Assembly: GCA_965279375.1 (NCBI GenBank)
Contig: OZ257156.1
Coordinates: forward strand, 2,464,001-2,528,000
Source: Gemmatimonas sp.
Lineage (GTDB): Bacteria > Gemmatimonadota > Gemmatimonadetes > Gemmatimonadales > Gemmatimonadaceae
DNA: 64,000 nt
Reading direction: 5' to 3'
The translations under genes were made by a program, and so were the position numbers. Each line of letters opens with the position of its first letter. The stretch's first letter is position 1. Shown piece by piece: positions 30,905-39,466 of this stretch. The notes under the pieces are model-generated. The model made no database searches. It was not told where the DNA came from and saw nothing but the letters and a program-made list of their open reading frames with translations.

Positions 30905-30950
30905 CTGCAAGGTGAGGGGGGAACACGGCCGTACTCGAGGCGTGCGGCGG

Positions 30951-31109
30951 TCAGAAGATCGTGTAGATGAACGGTGCGAGCACGGATCCCTTCGCAAACA
31001 CGAGCAGCGCGCCGACGCCGAGCATCAGCAGGATGATCGGCAGGAGCCAGAACTTTCGGCGGACGCGCATGAACTCCCACAGTTCACCCAGCAGGCCAGT
31101 GCGTTCCAT
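30951..31109 (-). CDS. Small membrane peptide, SxtK/DUF5989-like (52 aa)
   Basis: MERTGLLGELWEFMRVRRKFWLLPIILLMLGVGALLVFAKGSVLAPFIYTIF. Confidence 0.88.
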   Translation of the reverse strand: MERTGLLGELWEFMRVRRKFWLLPIILLMLGVGALLVFAKGSVLAPFIYTIF

Positions 31110-31141
31110 CGCTAGAGTCCCTTCGGAAGAGTGTTCATCGC

Positions 31142-31549
31142 CTAGAACTGTCGGCGCATGGAATTTGGTGCGTCGGAGCGCGGATCGTGGGGCATCCACG
31201 CGCTCCGTGACTCACGCTTGGGTGCAAGCGGATCCCGTCCAAGCAGGCGAATGATAAGACCGGTCGGCGTCAGCACAACGAAGTACACGATGCCCATGAA
31301 CAGCGGCGTCGTCACCTTCGACATGGCGTGCGCGAGCCCCATCCACGCGGCAAAGACGGGCCCGAGTTTCGCGGGAATCGCGACGCCCAGCACCACCAAC
31401 GACCCGCCCAAGGCGAGGAGCACCTGCGGCGACGTGGTGTGACCGCGCCAACGCGACACGGCGGCGAGGACCAGAAAGGCCGCGCCGACGGTGAGTCCGA
31501 ACTTCCGCCCTTCGGCGGCGGTCAGTCGAGCTGGAATTCTTTCTGCCAT
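31142..31549 (-). CDS. SxtJ-family membrane protein
   Basis: RKFGL, AWMGLAH, YFVVLTPTGL, GRDPL, ends MRRQF. Confidence 0.88.
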   Translation of the reverse strand: MAERIPARLTAAEGRKFGLTVGAAFLVLAAVSRWRGHTTSPQVLLALGGSLVVLGVAIPAKLGPVFAAWMGLAHAMSKVTTPLFMGIVYFVVLTPTGLIIRLLGRDPLAPKRESRSAWMPHDPRSDAPNSMRRQF

Positions 31550-33354
31550 TCACCAGTCTCCTTCCACTCCGGCTGCGCGGACTTCTCGAGCACGAAGGGG
31601 CAGAGCACAAGCACGTCGATGTGCGTGCGCATGAAGCAGCGATACGCGTCGGCGGGCGAACAGACGATCGGTTCACCGCGAACGTTGAAGGACGTGTTGA
31701 TCAGCACTCCGCAGCCAGTCTGTCGCTCGAACGCCTTGAGCAGCGCGTAGTAGTTGGGGCTCACCTGCTCGTCGACGGTCTGCACGCGTGCGGAGTAGTC
31801 GATGTGCGTGACGGCTGGAATGTCGGAGCGCGGCACGTTGAGCTGGTCGATGCCCCAGAGATTCTTCTGCTCTTCCGTCATCGGGATGCGACGGCTCTCC
31901 TGCACCGGTGCGACGAGCAGCATGTACGGAGAATCGCAGTCCATCTCGAAGTATTCGTTGACGCGTTCGCGCAGCACACTCGGCGCAAACGGGCGAAATC
32001 CTTCGCGGAACTTGATCTTGAGATTCATGTCGGCCTGCATGCGCTGGCTCCGCGGATCGCCAAGGATGCTGCGCGCGCCGAGCGATCGCGGGCCCCACTC
32101 CATGCGGCCATCGAACCAGCCGACGATCTTCTCGTCGGCCAGCACCGAGGCCGTCTTCTCCAGCAGCGCCGGACGATCCAGGCGTTCGTAGCTCGCGCCG
32201 ACGCTCTTGAGATACGTCTCGATCTCGTCGGGCGTGTACGACGGCCCGAGATACGAGCCGCGCATGCTGTCACGTCCCTTGGTCACCGTGCGTGGCTTGT
32301 TCATGTGACGATGCCACGCCAGCATCGCGACGCCCAAGGCGCCGCCCGCATCGCCGGCCGCTGGTTGAATCCACAGCTCCTTGAACGGACCTTCGCGCAG
32401 AATGCGCCCGTTGCCGACGCAGTTGAGCGCGACGCCACCGGCCAGACAGAGGCGATCGAGCCCCGTTTCCTTGTGCGCCGTGCGTGCCATGCGCAGCATG
32501 ATCTCCTCGCACACCACCTGCACCGAGCGCGCGAGATCCATCTCCTTCTGCGTCAGCTTCGATTCAGGAACGCGCGGCGGTCCGCCGAACAGGTCGTGAA
32601 ATGCGGGGCTCGTCATGGTGAGCCCGCCGAGGTAGTTGAAATACTTCTGATTCATCGTGAACGACCCGTCTTCGCGCAGGTCGATCAGTTCACGGTAGAT
32701 CAGGTCGACGTACTTTGGCTCGCCATAGGGCGCGAGTCCCATCACCTTGTACTCACCGGAGTTGACCTTGAATCCGGTGTAGTACGTGATCGCGGAGTAC
32801 AGCAGCCCAAGCGAGTCGGGCCAGCGCACTTCCTTGAGCAGCGAGAGCGTGTTGCCGCGTCCGACGCCGATGGATGCAGTCGCCCACTCGCCAACACCGT
32901 CCATGGTCAGCACGGCCGCTTCTTCAAACGGCGACGGAAAGAACGCGCTCGCCGCGTGCGACTCGTGGTGCTCGGCGTAGAGCAATTCGCCATCGAAGTC
33001 GAGTGCGTCGCGAAGCTGCTTGTCCTGATAGAGCTTCTCTTTGATCCACAGCGGCCCGGCCAGCAGGAACGAACGAAAGCCCTTGGGGGCGACGCCGAGG
33101 TACGTCTCGAGAATGCGTTCGAACTTGAGCAGCGGCTTGTCGTAGAAGCCGACGGCCGTCAGCTCCTGCCGCGTGATCCCCGCCTGACGCAAACAGAACT
33201 CGGTTGCCAAACTGGGGAACGCCGAGTCTCCCTTGATCCGCGACAGTCGCTCTTCACTGACTGCGGCGACGATCTCGCCGTCGCGCAGCAGGCACGCCGC
33301 GCTGTCGTGATAAAACGCCGAGATGCCGAGAATGTAGGTGGACTGAGAAGACAC
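31522..33354 (-). CDS. O-carbamoyltransferase (NodU/CmcH/SxtI family)
   Basis: ILGISAFYHDSAA, EERLSR, EHHESH, DGVGE, GEYKVMGLAPYG, GGVALN, KFREGFRPFAP, NTSFN; start placed at GTG 33354. Confidence 0.96.
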   Translation of the reverse strand: MSSQSTYILGISAFYHDSAACLLRDGEIVAAVSEERLSRIKGDSAFPSLATEFCLRQAGITRQELTAVGFYDKPLLKFERILETYLGVAPKGFRSFLLAGPLWIKEKLYQDKQLRDALDFDGELLYAEHHESHAASAFFPSPFEEAAVLTMDGVGEWATASIGVGRGNTLSLLKEVRWPDSLGLLYSAITYYTGFKVNSGEYKVMGLAPYGEPKYVDLIYRELIDLREDGSFTMNQKYFNYLGGLTMTSPAFHDLFGGPPRVPESKLTQKEMDLARSVQVVCEEIMLRMARTAHKETGLDRLCLAGGVALNCVGNGRILREGPFKELWIQPAAGDAGGALGVAMLAWHRHMNKPRTVTKGRDSMRGSYLGPSYTPDEIETYLKSVGASYERLDRPALLEKTASVLADEKIVGWFDGRMEWGPRSLGARSILGDPRSQRMQADMNLKIKFREGFRPFAPSVLRERVNEYFEMDCDSPYMLLVAPVQESRRIPMTEEQKNLWGIDQLNVPRSDIPAVTHIDYSARVQTVDEQVSPNYYALLKAFERQTGCGVLINTSFNVRGEPIVCSPADAYRCFMRTHIDVLVLCPFVLEKSAQPEWKETGEWQKEFQLD

Positions 33355-33523
33355 AGGCGCGGGTACGGGGAAACGGGGGCAAACGTGTGGAGTCTGTTTC
33401 GGCCGTGCCACGGCACAACCTTCGGTGAGGACGCACCGTTCTCCGTTCGGCAACTGGAGTGTAATGTACGGTCGCGACGGTCGAACGGAATCTTCTGAGC
33501 CAGTCCACCAAACGGCAGGTACG

Positions 33524-34708
33524 ATGAGCGGTGCGTCGGACGACCTCACGGGCGTGAAACGGATTGCAGGGTGGCTGCGGGATCTGTGGGTGGCGGCCGG
33601 TATCGCGCTCATCCTCTTCCTGCTGCTCGAGGGCGCGTACATCGCCCAGCGATCCGTTCGCGCACGGCTTCAGGGGAGCGACGACGAGCGTGCCGCGCAG
33701 GTGGATGGGCACCCGTATCGCGGGCAGGCGTGGTACCGTCAGCTGCTGCGTGAGCGCGCCACCCAGGTGAACCGATGGGACGCCTGGCGCACGTACTGGT
33801 CATACCCGGTCACCGGGACCTACCTCAACGTCGACACGCTCGGCCGCCGCCGAACCATCCAGCCGGCTCCGGCGGACACGGCGCCGTTTCGCGTCGCGAT
33901 GCTGGGCGGCTCTGCGATGTGGGGGTACACGGCGCGCGACTCGGCGACCATTCCGTCGCTCGTCGCCAAGAAGCTCGCCGCCAGCGGCGTGTCGGGTGTG
34001 GAGCTGATCAATCTCGCGCAGCCGGGCTATGTGCTCGGGCAGGAGTTGGTCACGCTGCGTCTCGAAGTGGAGCACGGCAACGCGCCGGCGATGGCCGTGT
34101 TCTTCGACGGCATCAACGATGTGCGCACCTCGCTGCTGTATCTCGAGCCGGGGCGCGTCTTCTTCGAGCCGCGGTTCAAGCAGTTGTACGAAGTCGAGTC
34201 CAAGCGCGGCTTCGTGGGATCGCTGGTGGCCTCGAGTCTACGCTCGGCGGTGCTGCAGCGACTACTGATGCGGCTCGGACTGTCGCGCGAGTGGGTAGAG
34301 CCGCCCGCGCCACCGACGCTCTGCGGCCGACTTGGCAGCTACTACCGCCAGACGTCCGATGAGGCCGCGGGCTTCGCGCAGCGGCACGGCATGCAGGTGC
34401 TCTTCGTGCAACAGCCGATGCACGGCACCACGAACAAGCCGCTCACCCCGTTCGAGCAGGGGTTCATGCAGCTGGCTGAGCGCAATAAGCTGATCCGCAG
34501 CTGCGGAAACTCCATCGACTCCGCGATGACGACGACGGCAGCGCCGCCGTACATCTCGATGGCCAAGATCTTCGACGATCACAAGGAAACGGTGTTCCTC
34601 GACGACTTCGGCCACGTGACCGAAGAGGGGAACGCGATCATCGCCGATCGAATCGCGGCGGCGATCGCGGACGCCGTCACCGCAAAGCGCGGCGCCCTAC
34701 CGCACTGA
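33524..34708 (+). CDS. Membrane-anchored SGNH/GDSL-family protein
   Basis: N-terminal TM; GGSAMWG (Ser), PG, DGINDV (Asn), DFGH (His). Confidence 0.8.
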   Translation: MSGASDDLTGVKRIAGWLRDLWVAAGIALILFLLLEGAYIAQRSVRARLQGSDDERAAQVDGHPYRGQAWYRQLLRERATQVNRWDAWRTYWSYPVTGTYLNVDTLGRRRTIQPAPADTAPFRVAMLGGSAMWGYTARDSATIPSLVAKKLAASGVSGVELINLAQPGYVLGQELVTLRLEVEHGNAPAMAVFFDGINDVRTSLLYLEPGRVFFEPRFKQLYEVESKRGFVGSLVASSLRSAVLQRLLMRLGLSREWVEPPAPPTLCGRLGSYYRQTSDEAAGFAQRHGMQVLFVQQPMHGTTNKPLTPFEQGFMQLAERNKLIRSCGNSIDSAMTTTAAPPYISMAKIFDDHKETVFLDDFGHVTEEGNAIIADRIAAAIADAVTAKRGALPH

Positions 34709-35683
34709 GTCGCGGGCGAGCCAGTCGCGATACCACTCCACGGTGCTGGCCAACGCCTCGTCGAACGAAAACGACGGGTGCCAATCCATGCGCTGGCGCG
34801 CCTTGGTGCAGTCAAGGAACTGGGCCGGGATTTCGTGCGTGGCCTCGCCACGGATGTCGGGCTCCAAGCCGCTGACTCCCATCACCGCCATCAGCCGATC
34901 GACGACTTCGATGACGTTGAGCGGCGTTTCCGTGCCGAAGTTGAATGCTTCGCCCGTGATCCCGTCGCTCGGAATGTGTTCGGCGAGCGTGAGATACGCC
35001 GCGACTGCATCGCGCACGTAGAAGTAGTCTCGTACGAAGGTGCCATCACTGCGAATGATGGGGCGCTCACCGCGCAGCGCTGACCGGATCGTGCCGGGAA
35101 TGAGGCGGTTGAAATTCAGGTCGCCTGCGCCGAACAGATTGCCGCAACGCGTCACGGCGATCGGCACCTTGTACGTGTGCCAGTAGCTGAAGCTGATGAG
35201 GTCCGTGCACGACTTGGACACGTCGTACGGAAAGCGCCCCTGCAACGGCGCGTCTTCCGTGTACGGCAACGTGTCATGCGAGCCATACGCCTTGTCGCTC
35301 GATGCCACGATCACGCGCTGAATGCGCGGCATGTTCTGCTTGGCGGCCTCCAGCAGGCACCACGTGCCGCGGATGTTCGCTTCGAAAGTGGACATCGCAC
35401 TGCGCGACGCCGTGCCGACGATGGTCTGGGCGCCCAGGTGAAAGACCGTGTCGATCTCGTATTCGTTGAGCACGCGCAGCAGCGTCGGATGATCTTCCAG
35501 TTCGCCGCGAATGACCTGGCAACGAGGGAGCAACGCCGAGGAGACCGCGCGGCTATCCGGCACCCAATCGCGCACCAGGACGGTCACGCGCGCGCCGCGC
35601 GAGAGCAGCTCTTCCGTCAAATGCGAACCGAGCAGCCCGGTCGCGCCGGTGACGAAGACGTTCTTGTCGTTCCAGAAACTCAT
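34697..35683 (-). CDS. CDP-glucose 4,6-dehydratase-like SDR
   Basis: FWNDKNVFVTGATG, HLGAQ, SSDKAYG, YDVSK, RCGNLFGAGD; adjacent to rfbF. Confidence 0.85.
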   Translation of the reverse strand: MSFWNDKNVFVTGATGLLGSHLTEELLSRGARVTVLVRDWVPDSRAVSSALLPRCQVIRGELEDHPTLLRVLNEYEIDTVFHLGAQTIVGTASRSAMSTFEANIRGTWCLLEAAKQNMPRIQRVIVASSDKAYGSHDTLPYTEDAPLQGRFPYDVSKSCTDLISFSYWHTYKVPIAVTRCGNLFGAGDLNFNRLIPGTIRSALRGERPIIRSDGTFVRDYFYVRDAVAAYLTLAEHIPSDGITGEAFNFGTETPLNVIEVVDRLMAVMGVSGLEPDIRGEATHEIPAQFLDCTKARQRMDWHPSFSFDEALASTVEWYRDWLARDSVR

Positions 35684-36480
35684 GAATCCGTTTTCCAGGG
35701 GGCGTTGCCCGAAGCCCAGAGATCTTCGAGCAACATCTTTTCGCGCAGCGTGTCCATCGGCTGCCAGAATCCGTGATGCCGAAAGGCCATCAGCTGGCCT
35801 TCGCGCGCGATGCGTTCGAGCGGCTCGCGCTCGAGGCTGATCTCATCGCCGGTGATGTAATCGAGGACGGCAGGTTCGAAGACGAAGAAGCCGCCGTTGA
35901 TCCACCCTTCGTGTCCTTGTGGCTTCTCCGCGAAGGCGCGCACCGCATCGCCGTCGATCGTGAGGTCGCCGAAACGTGCGGGCGGACGCACCGCCGTAAC
36001 GGTGGCGAGCTTGCCGTGCGCGCGGTGAAACGCCAGCAGCGCCGCGATGTCCACGTTGCCGAGTCCATCGCCGTACGTGACCATGAACGTGCCGCCCGAC
36101 ACCAGCGACTTGAGGCGGAGCAAGCGTCCGCCCGTCATCGTGTCGAGGCCGGTGTCCATGACCGACACCTTCCAGTCGTTGCGCGGCGCGTTGAGGAACT
36201 CCACACCGCCGCTGTGTAGATCGACCGTGAAGTCGCTGTGGTGCACGGCGTAGTTGTGGAAGAACTCCTTGATCAGTGCGCCCTTGTAGCCGCACGCCAC
36301 CACGAAGTCGCGCAGTCCATGATTGGCATAGACGCCCATGAGATGCCACAACAGCGGCATCCCGCCGATCTCCACCATCGGCTTGGGGCGTGTTCCCGTT
36401 TCTTCGGCCAATCGCGTCCCGCGCCCACCCGCGAGAATGACCACCTTCACGGCTTGCTCGCCCGTGGACGGCGTACTCAC
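35680..36480 (-). CDS. rfbF: Glucose-1-phosphate cytidylyltransferase
   Basis: ILAGGRGTRLAEET, PKPMVEIG, DTGLDTMTGGR, TYGDG, WINGGFF, FWQPMDTLRE; GTGA-coupled start. Confidence 0.95.
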   Translation of the reverse strand: MSTPSTGEQAVKVVILAGGRGTRLAEETGTRPKPMVEIGGMPLLWHLMGVYANHGLRDFVVACGYKGALIKEFFHNYAVHHSDFTVDLHSGGVEFLNAPRNDWKVSVMDTGLDTMTGGRLLRLKSLVSGGTFMVTYGDGLGNVDIAALLAFHRAHGKLATVTAVRPPARFGDLTIDGDAVRAFAEKPQGHEGWINGGFFVFEPAVLDYITGDEISLEREPLERIAREGQLMAFRHHGFWQPMDTLREKMLLEDLWASGNAPWKTDS

Positions 36481-37274
36481 GAGGCGCGCACCGTTGCGGG
36501 GAGCCACTGCGTGGCGACCGTTTCACGCCACGACTTGAGCCGCCCCGAGAAACGGAAGCCGAGCAGATAGGTGAAGAACTCCCAGCAGGTGGCCATGCGC
36601 ACGTGCGAGAGGCCGTTGCCGCGCATGCGTGCGAAGACGTTGAGCTCCATCACGCGCACGCCCATGTAGTGTGCCTTGATGAGCATCTCCGGATCGAGCA
36701 GCCAGTTGGTGGACTGCAGATCCATCGCCTGCACAACATCGCGTCGCAACATGCGCGGCTGTCCGTTGACATCCCACGACCCCAGCTTGGGCCAGAGCAT
36801 GCGCACGAACAGGTTGTAGCCGACCGAGATGATCTGTCGCTGGAAGCCGTCCATGCGATACCGGCGTCGGACTTTGCCGAGCACCTTACCGTCGGTTTCT
36901 GCGCAGGCCTCGTAGAGTCGGAAGAGATCTTCCGCGTCCACCTGACCGTCGGCGGCGATGGTGCCGATCCAAAGACCGGTGGCTGCCCGCATGCCCGTGA
37001 TGACGCCGTTGCCGAAGCCGATGTTCGTCTGCACCTGCACGGGCCGCACGATCCCCGGATACTTCTCGGCGAGGACCTGAAGCTTCTGCCACGTGTCATC
37101 CTTCGAGCCGTTGTCGACGGTCACGATCTCGTAGCGCACGTCCATGTTGGAGAAGGCGCGCACGAGACGAGGCACCGTGTGGGGCACGTTCTCGGATTCG
37201 TTGTAGCACGGCATCACGATCGAGAGATCGAGACGCCCCCCGGTCGAATCCGTGGAGGAAGCGTGTGCGCTCAG
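36477..37274 (-). CDS. GT2, DPM1-like glycosyltransferase (probable CTG start)
   Basis: LDLSIVMPCYNE, DNGSKD, NIGFG, AADGQ; first beta-strand lies upstream of the ORF-track start 37217. Confidence 0.85.
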   Translation of the reverse strand: MSAHASSTDSTGGRLDLSIVMPCYNESENVPHTVPRLVRAFSNMDVRYEIVTVDNGSKDDTWQKLQVLAEKYPGIVRPVQVQTNIGFGNGVITGMRAATGLWIGTIAADGQVDAEDLFRLYEACAETDGKVLGKVRRRYRMDGFQRQIISVGYNLFVRMLWPKLGSWDVNGQPRMLRRDVVQAMDLQSTNWLLDPEMLIKAHYMGVRVMELNVFARMRGNGLSHVRMATCWEFFTYLLGFRFSGRLKSWRETVATQWLPATVRAS

Positions 37275-38416
37275 GCGGACGCTCCCGCCAGACGCGCCGC
37301 CAACGACTCGAACGCGGCCAGCTCCGGTGCATTGGGCTCGAGGGCCGCGAGACGATCGCGCACGCCGGCGAGCACGGAGAGATGCACCGTACGATTGTGG
37401 AACTTGGACGTATAGATCTCAGGCGTGTCCCAGCCTTCCACCTGATTCACGAAGCGCTCCATGAGCGGCAGCGCCTGCTCTGCGTCGCCACCGAGCAGCA
37501 CGGACAGATAGTTGGGCCAGTTGAGAATCGAATGCGGCGGCACGCCCGCGTCGTACACATCGTTGCCAAGGAACGCGAGCACCTCGAGCAGCGGATCGCG
37601 CAGCGTCGGGCCGTTCGGCTTGTTGAGCTGATTGCGCAGCGTCGTCAGTGGCGTCTCGCCCAGAATGTGCGGCGTGGACGGCAGGAAGCCGGTCAGCGGG
37701 AAGAAGCGAATGTCGCAGCTCAGGCGACGGCGCGGACCAGGGTTACTGCTCGAGTGCAGCAACAGCGAGTTAAAGATCACGCACGTACCGGCCTTCGCCT
37801 GCACGTCGATGGGCGCGCGGAAGGCGGACAGGCGCGGATCGTCGAGCTTGAGCCACTGATGGCAGAGCAAACCGTTGCGATGCGTGCCCGGATAGATCCG
37901 CAGATTCCAGTCAGGGCAGGAGTTGAGCGGCGTCCAGAGCGTGATGCCGGCCGGACTGGTCGGAAGCGCGGCGCCGCTGAAGTCCTGATGAATCAGATAC
38001 TGCCCCTGCACTTCGAGGTACTGCGCCTTGGGGTCGTAGCCGCCGTGATCGACGGCCTGTACGTCACCACCCTTGAACTGGCCGTGGAAGTTGCTGCTGA
38101 CGTGGAGCACCGGACCGATCAAGCGGGAGAACACGGGGCCGAGCGCGGCGAGGAGATCCTTGGCCAGCTCCGGCGACGTGTCGATGCGCGACATGCGCTG
38201 GCGGGTCTCCACCGGCAGAATGACCGGCGGGCTGTTCGGATCGAGAATCGCATCCATCTCGTCATGTCCGACGCCCAGGCGTTCGGCGACGATCGGTATA
38301 AACCGACTCGTGACGGCCTCGGAGACGCCTTCCACCATGAAGTAGCCGTCCTCCTCGAACTGCCGCGCTGCCGCGTCGAGGCTCTCTTCGGTGAACGCAT
38401 CGAGACGGAACGTCAT
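37271..38416 (-). CDS. Fe(II)/2-oxoglutarate dioxygenase (PhyH family)
   Basis: FEEDGY, HQD, TLWTPL, IYPGTH, LLHSS, RLSCDIR; AGGAG 7 nt before ATG 38416. Confidence 0.8.
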   Translation of the reverse strand: MTFRLDAFTEESLDAAARQFEEDGYFMVEGVSEAVTSRFIPIVAERLGVGHDEMDAILDPNSPPVILPVETRQRMSRIDTSPELAKDLLAALGPVFSRLIGPVLHVSSNFHGQFKGGDVQAVDHGGYDPKAQYLEVQGQYLIHQDFSGAALPTSPAGITLWTPLNSCPDWNLRIYPGTHRNGLLCHQWLKLDDPRLSAFRAPIDVQAKAGTCVIFNSLLLHSSSNPGPRRRLSCDIRFFPLTGFLPSTPHILGETPLTTLRNQLNKPNGPTLRDPLLEVLAFLGNDVYDAGVPPHSILNWPNYLSVLLGGDAEQALPLMERFVNQVEGWDTPEIYTSKFHNRTVHLSVLAGVRDRLAALEPNAPELAAFESLAARLAGASA

Positions 38417-38464
38417 GCTCGTACTCCTATTCACGGTTCGGTGGGCGTGACGCCCGGGTTCTTG

Positions 38465-39466
38465 CTAGGCAGAGACTTGATCGAGAAAGCGCGCTGCACG
38501 CCGCACGCCCTCAGCGACGTCGATCGAGGGCACCCACGCGATGGACTGTCGAAGGCGGTCGACCGAAACGGTGTCGTGCGGCGTTTCATCGGCCCGCTGG
38601 GGCACTGCACCGAAATGCAGTCGCTCCGCTGGGATCGACAACACGCGCGCGGCCGTTTCTGAAAACTCCCGGACGCTGTACAGCTTTCCAGTGGCGAGGT
38701 TTACGATGCCACCCGGAATCGAAGACCGTAGCCCCAGCGCCAGTAACCCGTCGGCAACATCCTCAACATAGGTAAAATCGCGTCGCTGTGTGCCCGCAGA
38801 CAGTGGGACCGGCTCACCCGCGCTGCGTGCATCGAGCAACGTGGGCAGGAGTCGGCCGGCGTGTTCTCCCGGCCCATAGACGGTAAACAGACGGGCCGTC
38901 ACCGTGTTCGGCAACGCCGCGTCCACGAGCCGCTGCGTCCCCTCCAGTTTGGTCTGGCCGTAGAGCGTCGTCGGGTGCGGCGCCGCGTCTTCCGGCAAGT
39001 GGCCGCCAATGGTGCCGTACTCCAGCGCCGATCCGGTGTGCACCAACCGAATGCCGAGCCATGGCTTGTTCGCGGGGGCGGTGGCCAGCAGTGCCAGCTC
39101 TCCAACCAGCTCGGCGTTGATTCGCTGGGCCAGCGCATCATCCCGCTCGGAGCGGTCGATCCCGTAGCCGGCCAAGTTGAATGTCACCGACGGCCGATGC
39201 TCGGCGAACAGGGCGGCGACGGACCCGGGCTCCGCGAGATCGACGCGCGCGATCTCACCGGTGATGCCGTACTGCACGGCGACCGTCTGCATCGCCGCAG
39301 TATCGCGAACGGCTGACACCACACGAGCGCCTGCCCGCGAAAGCCTGCGCGCCACCCAGCGCCCGATGAATCCCGAGGCGCCAAGCACGAGGGCGGTGGC
39401 CCCGCGATACGACGCCTCAGCGCGTCCGTCGGCCGAGCCGACCACATCGATTGACGGGGCGTTCAC
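38465..39466 (-). CDS. NDP-4-keto-sugar reductase/epimerase (extended SDR)
   Basis: GASGFIG, GSALEYG, YGQTK, RLFTVYGPG, RDFTYVED. Confidence 0.87.
   Translation of the reverse strand: MNAPSIDVVGSADGRAEASYRGATALVLGASGFIGRWVARRLSRAGARVVSAVRDTAAMQTVAVQYGITGEIARVDLAEPGSVAALFAEHRPSVTFNLAGYGIDRSERDDALAQRINAELVGELALLATAPANKPWLGIRLVHTGSALEYGTIGGHLPEDAAPHPTTLYGQTKLEGTQRLVDAALPNTVTARLFTVYGPGEHAGRLLPTLLDARSAGEPVPLSAGTQRRDFTYVEDVADGLLALGLRSSIPGGIVNLATGKLYSVREFSETAARVLSIPAERLHFGAVPQRADETPHDTVSVDRLRQSIAWVPSIDVAEGVRRAARFLDQVSA

Noticed and set aside
30951..33354. Saxitoxin biosynthesis, because of sxtI/J/K homologues
   Set aside because: No sxtA, sxtG or other core genes in the window; the context is glycan modification
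31621..33498. Long antisense ORFs (also 37265-38662, 40225-41649, 58356-60020, 61006-62490)
   Set aside because: Shadow frames opposite well-supported genes, expected at high GC, with no recognisable motifs
33355..33642. N-terminal extension of the carbamoyltransferase in the ORF track
   Set aside because: Family homology starts at YILGIS and the extension overlaps the divergent SGNH gene
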